Source: Candidatus Korobacteraceae bacterium (GTDB lineage: Bacteria; Acidobacteriota; Terriglobia; Terriglobales; Acidobacteriaceae). Taken from it: 64,000 bases of DNA. Every line of letters begins with the position of its first letter. The stretch's first letter is position 1. Position numbers and translations under genes: made by a program. This document shows positions 1-10,989 of the stretch, piece by piece. Under the pieces are notes generated by a model. The model ran no database searches. It worked only from the letters and a program-made list of their open reading frames with translations, and was not told where the DNA came from. The stretch spans positions 84,502 to 148,501 of the forward strand of contig JBEKOO010000002.1 in NCBI GenBank assembly GCA_049521655.1, written 5' to 3'.

Positions 1-93
1 AACAATCCCCTGGCCTTCCAGCGTTCGTACGACGCCGGTGCAGGTCTGCGCTTTGAGTCCTGGGTGGTAAAACCGTAGGTCCTCCAGGAGGGC

Positions 94-564
94 CTATGGA
101 AATGCAGTCACCGAGTCCATATCCATCGATCTTTTGGTGGACGCGATAATACGGCCCAAGGCGACACAAAGAGCATGGGGATCGATCTCCGCGTTCTCCA
201 GCAAGTCGCGGTCCGTGATGAGGCCTTCGAGTGCATTGGCCCCGTTCACGACCGGCACGCGGCGTATCTTGTGAACTGCCATCGAGGCCATCACCGGTTC
301 AATCTCCTCTTGCGCCTTGCAGCACACCGGGTGGCTCGTCATACACTCCTGCACCGTCATATGCTCGGGATCACCGTTAGCGGCGAGCACCCGGATGCAA
401 AGGTCGCGATCGGTGAGAATGCCCAACACCTTGCGGCGCTCGAGATCGTCAACGATTACCAGAACTCCGGTATTGAAGTGGCGCATGAGGACGGCAGCCT
501 TCTTCGCACTCGTCCCAGGTACACAGCAAACCGGATTGCCGCTCATTACCTCTGTGACACGCAT
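94..564 (-). CDS. CBS domain pair protein
   Basis: 156-aa ORF with two CBS-like repeats (…GVLVIVDD…VLGILTDRDL… and …IRRVPVVNG…GLITDRDLL…). Confidence 0.8.
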   Translation of the reverse strand: MRVTEVMSGNPVCCVPGTSAKKAAVLMRHFNTGVLVIVDDLERRKVLGILTDRDLCIRVLAANGDPEHMTVQECMTSHPVCCKAQEEIEPVMASMAVHKIRRVPVVNGANALEGLITDRDLLENAEIDPHALCVALGRIIASTKRSMDMDSVTAFP

Positions 565-895
565 TTAATTGTCTCCCCTGCGCAAAGGATCGCGCCTACC
601 CTCGTCGTGCAAACAGCGAACCAAAATCATCAAGCCGAATGTGAGCAAGCGCGCAGGCTTCCCCCCGGACAAGATGGCGTGGAGTGTACTTCCGGACGGG
701 CTCGGAAAGCAAGGAATTACTGCGTATCGGCGGGTTTGTGGCAGCTTGCTTCTAGCATCCTGAGTTGGCCCAGCTCGGCGATCAATCAATGTAAATGGCT
801 CTGCATCAACGATTGTGGCGGGCAGCGAAGGCGGTAGGCGCTAAATGCAGGCTGCGGGACTGAGGGCGGCAGAAAAGCGGCGCAGCGGAATTTTG

Positions 896-925
896 TTGAC
901 ATCAATTATGAATTTCTCATAGAGT
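896..925 (+). promoter_or_regulatory. Sigma-70-like promoter candidate for the kdgK-eda operon, with an overlapping inverted repeat
   Basis: TTGACA (896-901), 18-nt spacer, TAGAGT (920-925). The spacer contains TATGA-ATTTC-TCATA, a 5-bp perfect inverted repeat that could be an operator. It lies about 180 nt upstream of kdgK. Confidence 0.35.
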
Positions 926-1104
926 GCGATGAGCTACCAAAGAATGGGACAATGTGTGCGCTTGATTCGACTGATTAGGCATAAGAGCGCAATTATAGGT
1001 ATGGCTGTCTCATATAGTGGTACGGAACAGAGTCGAGCGAGCAAACCAGCAGACCACTGGAGGAGCAGATCAAGCGCCGTGACAGGATTGCAGGCAGGTG
1101 ATAA

Positions 1105-2196
<1,092 letters not shown>

Positions 2197-2208
2197 GAGG
2201 CAGGGATC

Positions 2209-2889
2209 ATGACAAAGTCAGAGGCGATCAAGAGAGTTCTGGAGGTTGGGATCATTCCGGTGGTGCGGGCCGAATCGGCTGCCCAGGCGCTGGCGGCGGC
2301 CGAGGCGGTGTGTGCCGGCGGTGTGCCAATCGTGGAAGTTACGATGACCGTGCCAGGTGCGCTGGAGGTGATTGCGCAACTGAGCAAGAGCGTGGGCCAA
2401 GAGGTACTGATCGGCGCGGGGACCGTTCTGGATGCCGAGAACGCACGGAGATGTTTGGATGCGGGAGCGCAGTTCCTCGTCAGTCCCGGCCTGAATCTGG
2501 AGACCGTGAAACTCGCCCAGAAAGCGGGAGTCATGGTGATGCCCGGGGCTCTGACTCCAACCGAAGTGATCACGGCATGGCAGGCCGGAGCGGATTTCGT
2601 CAAGGTGTTTCCGTGTGGAGCGGTGGGAGGGCCCCAATACATTAAGGCGCTGAAAGGGCCATTGCCGCAGGTACCGATGATTCCGACCGGTGGAGTGAAT
2701 CTGAAGACGGCGGCGGAGTTCATCCAGGCCGGCGCGGCCGCGCTAGGCATTGGCGGAGAGTTGGTTTCGCTGGCGGCGCTTCGCTCCGGTAACACCCAGG
2801 AAATTACGGAAGCGGCGAAGCGGTATGTGGAAATTATCCATGAGGCGCGCCACCCGAAACCGGCTGCGGCCTCCGTGGCAGTTCGATGA
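2209..2889 (+). CDS. eda: KDPG / 4-hydroxy-2-oxoglutarate aldolase
   Basis: 226 aa. Typical Eda layout: IIPVVR…, EVTMTVPGA, GAGTVL, …FVKVFPC…GG…PTGGV. Confidence 0.85.
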   Translation: MTKSEAIKRVLEVGIIPVVRAESAAQALAAAEAVCAGGVPIVEVTMTVPGALEVIAQLSKSVGQEVLIGAGTVLDAENARRCLDAGAQFLVSPGLNLETVKLAQKAGVMVMPGALTPTEVITAWQAGADFVKVFPCGAVGGPQYIKALKGPLPQVPMIPTGGVNLKTAAEFIQAGAAALGIGGELVSLAALRSGNTQEITEAAKRYVEIIHEARHPKPAAASVAVR

Positions 2890-4274
2890 AAGATACAGGC
2901 AAACTTACGCCGTCTGAGCTAAAGCCCGCGCTTCAGCGGCTTTTCGAACTCGCCTCGGCGAAGACGGCCGGGTTGGAGCGTCGCTGGAAGGCTGCGGACG
3001 GAGCGCCCGTGTTTACCGTTGCAGGGAAGTACACGGCGCGTGGTTGGACGCAGTGGACGCAAGGCTTTCAATACGGCAATGCCCTTCTGTGCTTTGACCT
3101 GACCGGCGATCAAAGCCTGTTGAAGGTTGGCCGGGAGCATACGGACGCGCAGATGGCGGAACATCTGACGCATACGGGCGTTCACGACCATGGATTCAAC
3201 AATCTGTCTACCTACGGCCAGCTTCGCCGCTTGATGCTGGAAGGCAGGATTCCGCGGAATGACTGGGAGCTGCGCTATTACGAGTTGGCGCTGAAGGTGA
3301 GCGGAGCGGTGCAAGCCTCGCGCTGGACGACGCTGCCGGAGGGTCAGGGATACATATACTCATTCAACGGCCCGCACTCATTGTTTATCGATACGATGCG
3401 GACACTGCGGGTCTGCGGAGTGGCGCATATGCTTGGCCACGCGCTGCTTGGCGAACAGGATGTCAGGATCAACCTGCTGGGGCGCTTGCTGACGCATGCG
3501 GCTACCACGGCCAGATGGAATGTCTACTACGGCCAGGGACGTGACGCCTACGATACTCCTGAACTTAGCGGACGTACCGCGCATGAAGCTATCTTTAACA
3601 CCGTTAGCGGCAGCTTCAGGTGCCCATCCTCGCAGCAGGGCTATTCACCTTTCAGTACGTGGACGCGCGGGTTAGCCTGGGCGATGCTGGGATTTGCGGA
3701 GGAGTTGGAGTTTGTCAACGCTCTTCCGGAATCCGAATTTGGTCACTCGGGAGTGATGGCGAAGTCCGCGGCCGTTTCTCTTTTGGCGAAGACCGCGCAG
3801 GCGACCTGTGATTTCTATCTCAGCCAAGGCTCTGCATCCGACGGTATCTGTTACTGGGATATGGGCGCGCCGAATCTTTATCGGCTTGGAGATTGGCGCG
3901 ATTCCGCGGCTGACCCTTACAACGCCTACGAGCCGGTTGATTCCTCGGCGAGCGCCATAGCCGCGCAGGGATTAATCCGCCTTGGAGTGGCACTGGGTTC
4001 GGCAGGAGATTGCTACCTTCAGGCTGGACTTGCGCTCACACGAACCTTGTTGCAAGAGCCATACCTTTCGACCGACATCAAGCATGAAGGTATTTTGCTT
4101 CACAGCATCTACCATCGTCCGAACGGTTGGGACTATATTCCACCGACACTGAAAATCCCCGCGGGCGAATCCAGTATGTGGGGAGACTATCACCTGCTTG
4201 AACTGGGTCTTTTGGTGGAACGCATGAGCGCAGGCAGGTATTACAGTTTTTTTGATTACTCCCCCGACAAGTAA
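2886..4274 (+). CDS. Glycoside hydrolase, GH88-like (unsaturated glucuronyl hydrolase family)
   Basis: 462 aa. The ATGA start overlaps the eda stop. HDHGFNN and WTRGLAWAMLGF resemble the GH88 HDLGF and W(S/A)RGQAW motifs. The assignment is from memory of those motifs only. Confidence 0.55.
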   Translation: MKDTGKLTPSELKPALQRLFELASAKTAGLERRWKAADGAPVFTVAGKYTARGWTQWTQGFQYGNALLCFDLTGDQSLLKVGREHTDAQMAEHLTHTGVHDHGFNNLSTYGQLRRLMLEGRIPRNDWELRYYELALKVSGAVQASRWTTLPEGQGYIYSFNGPHSLFIDTMRTLRVCGVAHMLGHALLGEQDVRINLLGRLLTHAATTARWNVYYGQGRDAYDTPELSGRTAHEAIFNTVSGSFRCPSSQQGYSPFSTWTRGLAWAMLGFAEELEFVNALPESEFGHSGVMAKSAAVSLLAKTAQATCDFYLSQGSASDGICYWDMGAPNLYRLGDWRDSAADPYNAYEPVDSSASAIAAQGLIRLGVALGSAGDCYLQAGLALTRTLLQEPYLSTDIKHEGILLHSIYHRPNGWDYIPPTLKIPAGESSMWGDYHLLELGLLVERMSAGRYYSFFDYSPDK

Positions 4275-4306
4275 GGGGCAGGCGGATAGAAAGGAAGAAA
4301 TCAAAG

Positions 4307-5071
4307 ATGATTTCATTGGTCACGGGTGGACATCGCGGAATCGGACTCGGCATTGCAACTGCACTTTCACGCGAGGGATACCAGCTGGTAATCACCGGAC
4401 GGAGCGATCCGAGCAAGGCTTGCGACGCCTTGAAAATTCTGCGTCAGAATGGGGTCGATGCCGAGTACGTGCAGGCGGACGTATCCAAAGCAGCCGACCG
4501 TAAGCGATTGGTGGAGACCGTCGCAAAGCGCTTTGGGCGGCTTGATGTGCTTGTCAATAACGCCGGCATAGCGCCGCGCGTCCGCGCCGATATCCTGGAA
4601 GCTTCGGAAGAAAGTTTCGATGAGTTGATGTCGATAAATTTGAAGGGGCCTTACTTTCTGACGCAACTGGTTGCCGGGTGGATGATCCGCCAGAAGCAGG
4701 CCGATAACTCCTATCGTGGGTGCATTATCAACGTTAGTTCGTGTTCGGCTACGGTCGCAAGCGTGAACCGCGGTGATTACTGCATCTCCAAAGCGGGCAT
4801 TGCCATGGCTACGAAGCTGTGGGTAGTCCGTCTGGCCGAATTTGGGATCGATGTTTATGAAATTCGTCCGGGAATCATCCAGACCGACATGACCAAAGTT
4901 GTGCAGGAAAAATACAATGCGCTGATACAAGGCAATCTGTTGCTGGAAAAGCGATGGGGAACGCCGTCGGACATCGGCAAGGCGGCAGCCATGCTGGCGC
5001 GTGGCGATCTTCCTTATGCCAGCGGGTCGGTACTGTCGCTTGATGGAGGCCTGACGGTTGATAGGTTGTGA
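4307..5071 (+). CDS. Short-chain dehydrogenase/reductase (KduD/DhuD-like by context)
   Basis: 254 aa. TGGHRGIGLG cofactor motif, NNAG, and the catalytic YCISK (YxxxK). Confidence 0.8.
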   Translation: MISLVTGGHRGIGLGIATALSREGYQLVITGRSDPSKACDALKILRQNGVDAEYVQADVSKAADRKRLVETVAKRFGRLDVLVNNAGIAPRVRADILEASEESFDELMSINLKGPYFLTQLVAGWMIRQKQADNSYRGCIINVSSCSATVASVNRGDYCISKAGIAMATKLWVVRLAEFGIDVYEIRPGIIQTDMTKVVQEKYNALIQGNLLLEKRWGTPSDIGKAAAMLARGDLPYASGSVLSLDGGLTVDRL

Positions 5072-5131
5072 GTAAGTTGCTATAAGAAGGTTTTATTAAT
5101 AGATAAGTTCGTGACGAAAAGAGGTTCATCA

Positions 5132-5986
5132 ATGTCGCCGGGACAAGGAGCTAATCCTTCGCTGTACAAGGTGCAGGTGCTGGACCGCGCACTGGCGATT
5201 CTAGATGCTTTGGCGCTTCTGCGGGAAAGTGCCAGCTTGGCGGAGATTGCCGCCGAAGTGAAGCTGCACAAGAGTTCCGTGCATCGCCTGCTGATGAGTC
5301 TGGTGCGGCATCGTTTGGTCGATCGCGATTCGGAGGACGGTCGTTTCAGCCTGGGAGTACGACTCTTCGAACTAGGCACGATTGCAATTGCAAGATTCAA
5401 CATTCGCGATCGTGCCCGGCCTTACCTCGAACGGCTTATGTATAACTCTCACGAGACCGTACACCTTTGCGTACTTGATAATGGCGAATCCCTATATGTG
5501 GACAAGATCGAACCTGACCGGACCGTTCGGCTCTCTTCAACGATCGGACATCGCAATGGGGTTCACTGCACGGCGGCGGGAAAGGTGATGTTGGCGTGGC
5601 TGCCTGAATCAGAAGTTGATGCGATCCTTCAACAGCATGGCATGCGATGTTACACGGCGAATACATTGACCACCCCCGCCGAGTTGAAAGCCGAGCTGAA
5701 GATCATTCGCGAACGAGGCTATGCCATCGATAACGAGGAACACGAAGAAGGAGTTCGCTGCGTGGCCGCCGCCGTACGAGATCACTCCGAGCGTCCGATC
5801 GCTGCGATGAGTGTATCGGCGCCGTCGTTCCGATTGCCCATGGAGAAGATTCCGGCGGTGGCAACTCTAGTGGTCGAGACGGTTTTGGCGCTGTCGGCCG
5901 ACTGCGGACACCGCGCGCAAGAAAATTCGATTGAAGACGTGCGAGCTTTGCACGTCAGAGGGCAAGCTGGGCGTGAAGGCTTATGA
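5132..5986 (+). CDS. IclR-family transcriptional regulator (KdgR-like by context)
   Basis: N-terminal wHTH (LAEIAAEVKLHKSSVHRLLMSL) plus an IclR effector domain. I prefer the ATG at 5132, which has AGAGG upstream. The ORF track starts at a GTG at 5111. Confidence 0.8.
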   Translation: MSPGQGANPSLYKVQVLDRALAILDALALLRESASLAEIAAEVKLHKSSVHRLLMSLVRHRLVDRDSEDGRFSLGVRLFELGTIAIARFNIRDRARPYLERLMYNSHETVHLCVLDNGESLYVDKIEPDRTVRLSSTIGHRNGVHCTAAGKVMLAWLPESEVDAILQQHGMRCYTANTLTTPAELKAELKIIRERGYAIDNEEHEEGVRCVAAAVRDHSERPIAAMSVSAPSFRLPMEKIPAVATLVVETVLALSADCGHRAQENSIEDVRALHVRGQAGREGL

Positions 5987-6190
5987 GTTACCGAGGACCT
6001 GCTTCTCCGGGTTTTAGGAGGCGAGGTTGAATGAAAGGAATGCGGTTATGGAGAGGATGGACGGGCGGCGGCAAATCGCTGATTTATAACGTCCACCCAG
6101 GGGCGCACCGACTTTCCGGTAACTGGCTCAGTTCGTTGTAACAAGTGCATCGCACTCACGAGAGTATTCAAATAGATTTGGAGGGTTGGC

Positions 6191-7552
6191 ATGACACAGC
6201 ACGCTAGATTTCATTACAAGAAATTGGATGAGTTAAAAGAGGACATCGCGAGGCTGGGACTCGATCTTCCTGTTTCTTCCGACTTAAGTGTTCTCAGTAA
6301 ACCCGTAAGTATTGGAGCCAAAATAGTACCGAACCGGCTAGGCATCAGCCCGATGGAAGGATGCGATGGTGATACTGGCGGTAGACCGAGTGAACTTACT
6401 CGGCGGCGATATAAACGTTTTGGGGCAGGTGGCGCAGGTCTTGTGTGGTTTGAAGCTGCCGCCGTAGTGAACGAGGGACGGGCGAATCCCCGGCAGTTAT
6501 TTATAAACGATGCTACTAAACATGACTTTGCTACCTGTTTGGAAGAATTACATAAGGCGGCGAGCGACGCAGGGCATAGTCGTCCGTATTCGGTTCTCCA
6601 GCTTACCCATTCGGGGCGTTATAGCAAGCCGGGCAGCACCATGGCGCCAATCGTTGCCGAGAGCAATCTCTACCTTGATAAAGACCCATCTCGGATGCAC
6701 ATAATTACCGACGAGGAACTGGAGCAACTGGAAGAGAAGTTCGTCGCCGCAGCCGAGATGGCAGTGGAAGCTGGTTTTGATGCGATAGATATTAAGGCAT
6801 GTCATATCTACCTTTTATCGGAACTGCTGTCGGCTCGCACAAGGGAGGGCCGCTATGGAGGTAGTTTTGAAAATCGCATACGCGCGCTCTGCAATATCGT
6901 TGACAAGGTAAGAAATAAGGTTGGCGACAGAATAACGTTGGCAGTGCGGTTGGGAACTTACAATCAGCTGCCTTATCCCTATTCGTGGGGTGCCGAGCGG
7001 GAGGATTATCACAAGACGGACTATACCGAACCGATCCAACTGATCAAGATATTGTGGCAGAAGGGTGTGAAACTCTTCGGTATAAGTCTCGGGAATCCCT
7101 ATTACGCCCCGCATCTAACACGGCCATACAACCAGGGCAGCTACATTCCTCCAGTGCATCCTCTGGAGGGAGTTCAACTGCTATTGAGCTCGGCAAAGGC
7201 GATGCAGGAAGCGGTTCCGGAGGCGGTGATCATGAATGCTGGAATTAGCTGGCTCCGCCAATATGCGCCGAATGTAGCGGCCGGCTGCATAGAGCAGGGT
7301 TGGATGAAAGTGGCCGGCTTTGGCCGCCAGGCAATTGCTTATCCCTCCTTTGCAAACGATATTTTGAAAACGGGGGTGCTCGATCCGGCTAATACATGTG
7401 AAAGCTGCGGCAACTGCACGACAATCATGCGCGACGGCGGATGCACTGGCTGTGTAATTCGGGATAAAGAGGTGTATGCCCCAATTTACAAAAAAGGTCG
7501 GGAAGGCAAGCCGCCGATAACGCATAACAAGGTTGTGGCGGAACACCTTTAA
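6191..7552 (+). CDS. NADH:flavin oxidoreductase (Old Yellow Enzyme family) with a C-terminal Cys cluster
   Basis: 453 aa. TIM-barrel OYE motifs (…LQLTHSGRYSK…). C-terminal CESCGNCTTIMRDGGCTGC. GGAGGG SD. Confidence 0.75.
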   Translation: MTQHARFHYKKLDELKEDIARLGLDLPVSSDLSVLSKPVSIGAKIVPNRLGISPMEGCDGDTGGRPSELTRRRYKRFGAGGAGLVWFEAAAVVNEGRANPRQLFINDATKHDFATCLEELHKAASDAGHSRPYSVLQLTHSGRYSKPGSTMAPIVAESNLYLDKDPSRMHIITDEELEQLEEKFVAAAEMAVEAGFDAIDIKACHIYLLSELLSARTREGRYGGSFENRIRALCNIVDKVRNKVGDRITLAVRLGTYNQLPYPYSWGAEREDYHKTDYTEPIQLIKILWQKGVKLFGISLGNPYYAPHLTRPYNQGSYIPPVHPLEGVQLLLSSAKAMQEAVPEAVIMNAGISWLRQYAPNVAAGCIEQGWMKVAGFGRQAIAYPSFANDILKTGVLDPANTCESCGNCTTIMRDGGCTGCVIRDKEVYAPIYKKGREGKPPITHNKVVAEHL

Positions 7553-7630
7553 GGGTCCAGCGAACGACGCATTGTCAGGCTATCGAAAAAGTTATGGCGA
7601 TTCTGGCTGCTTGGTATTGCTTATAGGAGG

Positions 7631-8659
7631 ATGGAAATTGTGAAGTATCGAATGGCAGTTCTTCAGACGCCCGGCCTGGCGCAGATTGTTGAGCGCGATC
7701 TGGCAGAGCCAGGTGCAACGCAGGTGGTGATTGCGATCAAAGCCAGCAGTATTTGCGGCGGCGATCTTCATCTTTATAAGGGAAAACACCCGTCGGCGCC
7801 GTTGCCCGCAGCCCTGGGTCACGAATTATCCGGTGACATCATCAGCATTGGCTCACAGGTAACTTCGGTATGCATCGGCGATCGAGTAACCGTCGAACCA
7901 GTTATCGCCTGTGGTGTGTGTCCTCCCTGTCTGAGGGGAGAGTACGGGTACTGTGACAATCTCAGCTACCATTACCGCCAGGGCCAGGGAGCCATGGCTG
8001 AGTACTTTGTGGTTGACCAGCGCTATGTGTACAAACTGCCGGAAAGTATGTCCTACGAGGCGGGGGCGCTGATCGAGCCGCTGGCGGTCGCAGTGCATGC
8101 CGTGAAGAGGGCAAAAATCGGTTTACGCGATGACGTTGTGATTATCGGCGCAGGCCCTATCGGCATCCTGGTGAGCGCGGTGTGTAAGGCGGCAGGCGCG
8201 AGAGAGATCATTGTCGCTGACATCGCGGAGGTACGGCTGGAGATGGCTTTGGCCATGGGTGCGACAAGGACAATCAATTCATTGCAGGAATCGGTGGTGG
8301 ATGTAGTGCGCCAGGTAACTGGCGGTCGCGGGATCGGCAGATCTTTTGAATGTGCCGGCAACGAGAAGACCTTTGAACAGGCCATGAGATGTCTCTGCAA
8401 AGGCGGCATCGCCACCATGGTGGCTATTTTTGAACAACCTACCATTCAGATTCCGGTGACCCTAATTGTTTCTCAAGAGATTACGGTGCAGGGGGCACAA
8501 GGGTATTGCTGGGATTTCGAAACCGCTTTGGCGCTGACGAATGTGATCGACTTAGGCAGGCTTGTCTCGCATGTGTTTCCACTGTCTGAGGTAGACAAGG
8601 CGCTGAACGTAGCGTTGAACCGGGAAGAAAAGCCGGTGAAAGTAGTGCTGAAACCGTAA
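7631..8659 (+). CDS. Zinc-dependent medium-chain alcohol/polyol dehydrogenase
   Basis: 342 aa. GHELSG, structural zinc CGVCPPCLRGEYGYC, Rossmann GAGPIG. A GTG at 7640 is an alternative start. Confidence 0.8.
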   Translation: MEIVKYRMAVLQTPGLAQIVERDLAEPGATQVVIAIKASSICGGDLHLYKGKHPSAPLPAALGHELSGDIISIGSQVTSVCIGDRVTVEPVIACGVCPPCLRGEYGYCDNLSYHYRQGQGAMAEYFVVDQRYVYKLPESMSYEAGALIEPLAVAVHAVKRAKIGLRDDVVIIGAGPIGILVSAVCKAAGAREIIVADIAEVRLEMALAMGATRTINSLQESVVDVVRQVTGGRGIGRSFECAGNEKTFEQAMRCLCKGGIATMVAIFEQPTIQIPVTLIVSQEITVQGAQGYCWDFETALALTNVIDLGRLVSHVFPLSEVDKALNVALNREEKPVKVVLKP

Positions 8660-8735
8660 CGAGTAGTTAGTAATAAGTGGCAACGGAGCAGTGCGCATTG
8701 CAACGTGTGGCGCACAAAGAAGACAAGAGCTGAAA

Positions 8736-9164
8736 ATGGCAGGATACAGCGGCCAAAATGACGGCGAGATGTTTACAGGCTTTGAGCATGCGGCGATTGC
8801 TGCCAATGACAGTAAAGGGCTGGCCGATTGGTACAGGAAAATATTTGGCTTGCAGGTTGTTTACGATAACGGAAAAACCCCTCCGACCTACCTTTTGCAA
8901 GCTCCGGATGGGACCGTGCTTGAAATTCTTCCTGCCGATTGTGGAGAGATGGCGCAGTATGGACAACGACAGATGGGATTGCGCCACCTCGCGTTAACTG
9001 TAACTGATTTCGACGAGGCTCTAGGTTATTTGCGGAAGCAGGGAATTAATAAGTTTTTTGATTTGCGACAATCAGAAGAGAGTAGATTGATTTTTTTCCG
9101 AGATCCCGAAGGCAATATTCTTCACCTGATGTGGCGGATAACTTCGCTCAGGCGGCGTAAATAA
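8736..9164 (+). CDS. VOC / glyoxalase-family protein
   Basis: About 142 aa counted from the MAGYS start. Paired beta-alpha-beta-beta-beta modules (FEHAAIAANDS…, LRHLALTVTDFDEAL…FFRDPEGNILHL). Confidence 0.7.
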   Translation: MAGYSGQNDGEMFTGFEHAAIAANDSKGLADWYRKIFGLQVVYDNGKTPPTYLLQAPDGTVLEILPADCGEMAQYGQRQMGLRHLALTVTDFDEALGYLRKQGINKFFDLRQSEESRLIFFRDPEGNILHLMWRITSLRRRK

Positions 9165-9199
9165 CCGAGGTTGAACTGTGATGTTAGAAGGAGTTACCA

Positions 9200-10855
9200 A
9201 TGGCGCGTGAATGGGCTGAGGAAGCCAAAGATCATAGAAATACGCTGCTTTATGCAATGGGTATCACTGAAAAAGAGGCTGAGCGCCCAGTAATAGGAAT
9301 CGTCAACTCGTGGAATGAGATGAATCCCGGGCACTACCCTTTCAAGAAGGTCATCGATCTGATCAAGGATGAGATCTATCAGTGCGGCGCTCTGCCGCTG
9401 GAGCTTCCGGTGATCGGCATCTGCGATGGGATGTGCAGCAATACCGCCGGAGATAGGTACACCCTCCCAGCACGGGATCTTGTGGCCTCCGAAGTGGAAA
9501 CCGTAGCCGAAGTGAATATGCTTGACGGCATGGTGATGCTGGCCAGCTGTGACAAGGTAGTGCCGGGCATGCTGATGGGCGCTCTTCGAGTAAACATACC
9601 AGCGGTGATGTTTACAGGCGGATACATGGAACCTGGACATTCCCACGGGAAGATGATTACCCTGACACATCAAAAGCAGGCCTATGCCGCTCATATTGCC
9701 AATCTGATTACTCGCGAAGAATACAAGGACGTTGTGAGACATGCGTGTCCGACACCGGGGGTATGTCCCTTCATGGGAACGGCTAACACGATGTGCGCAA
9801 CAGCGGAGATCCTGGGTTTTTCTCCGGATGGAAATGCTAGTGTCAAGTCCGGCAGTGAAGAGTGGAGGAATATGGCTGCGCTTTGCGCCCGCAAGGTGGT
9901 AGAGCTGACTTCCAAAGACACCAAGCCGCGTGAGTTTGTAACCAAAGAGTCGTTTGAAAATGTCATAAGTTACGTCATGGCTACAGGCGGATCTACCAAC
10001 ACGCTGCTGCATCTGCCAGCCATAGCCAAACAGGCCGGAATTGAGATTACCCCGGAACGATTCGGCGAACTCAGCATGAAAGTACCGGTTATCAGTACCA
10101 TCTACCCCAATCACAAGACGAACACGATGGTGGAGTTTTCAAAGGCGGGGGGCGTCTCGGCGGTAATGAAGGAGTTAGCCGCGGCAGATCTTATTAACCT
10201 GGATGTCCAGGGAGCTTATGGCTCTATTGCCGATAAGGTCAAGAGCGCCAGGAACAGAGATACATCGATCATTAGGCCGGTGAGCGACCCAATCCATGAA
10301 CATGGCGGACTCGCGGTGCTCAAAGGCAACCTGGCTACCAAGAGTTCCATAGTTAAGTTTTCCGCGGTGGACAAGGCCGCCTGGGTATTCAAGGGTCCGG
10401 CCCGGGTTTACGAATCCCAGGACGACAGTTGGGCAGCTTTGTTGCGGGATGAGGTAAAGCCTGGAGACGTAGTAGTGATCAGGTATGAAGGGCCGAAGGG
10501 ATCGCCTGGAATGCCTCACTTAGAGACGTTTATGGCTGCGGTGCTGGGAAAAGAAATGGGAACGACGATCGCGCTGGTGACAGATGGAAGATTCTCAGGC
10601 GCGACGGGAGGCCTGGCCGTCGGACATGTTGTTCCAGAGGCTTACGATGGTGGTAACATCGCGCTTCTCAAAAACGGGGACATTATTTCAATCGACATAG
10701 AACAACGAAAGCTTACGGTTGATGTGACGGATGAAGAATTTGCCAGGCGGCGTACCAAGTGGCAGCGTGTTGATAAACCCGCAAGCGGATGGCTCAACCT
10801 ATACAAGAAAATGACTACATCCGCCCATCAGGGAGCCACAGTGTACTGGGAGTAG
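9200..10855 (+). CDS. IlvD/Edd-family dehydratase, sugar-acid dehydratase type
   Basis: 551 aa. IVNSWNE…, [18 protein letters not shown], …FSGATGG… It is a second family member, distinct from ilvD at 16251. AAGGAG SD. Confidence 0.8.
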   Translation: MAREWAEEAKDHRNTLLYAMGITEKEAERPVIGIVNSWNEMNPGHYPFKKVIDLIKDEIYQCGALPLELPVIGICDGMCSNTAGDRYTLPARDLVASEVETVAEVNMLDGMVMLASCDKVVPGMLMGALRVNIPAVMFTGGYMEPGHSHGKMITLTHQKQAYAAHIANLITREEYKDVVRHACPTPGVCPFMGTANTMCATAEILGFSPDGNASVKSGSEEWRNMAALCARKVVELTSKDTKPREFVTKESFENVISYVMATGGSTNTLLHLPAIAKQAGIEITPERFGELSMKVPVISTIYPNHKTNTMVEFSKAGGVSAVMKELAAADLINLDVQGAYGSIADKVKSARNRDTSIIRPVSDPIHEHGGLAVLKGNLATKSSIVKFSAVDKAAWVFKGPARVYESQDDSWAALLRDEVKPGDVVVIRYEGPKGSPGMPHLETFMAAVLGKEMGTTIALVTDGRFSGATGGLAVGHVVPEAYDGGNIALLKNGDIISIDIEQRKLTVDVTDEEFARRRTKWQRVDKPASGWLNLYKKMTTSAHQGATVYWE

Positions 10856-10989
10856 TCGCCTGTCATCGATGGGACTTTGATGTGAATTGCAGGTTACTGG
10901 GTACTGAAATGCAGGTCCGAGGTGTAAAGCTGTTACGGAAAAGAGGCTAGTAACTTAGGCACAATAGAAGGAACTTCGAGAGGAAACCC

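Noticed and set aside
1-78. Open reading frame running off the left edge (frame 1: …NNPLAFQRSYDAGAGLRFESWVVKP*).
   Set aside because: Only 25 codons are visible, the other frames are also open for most of this stretch, and no motif is present. That is too little to call.
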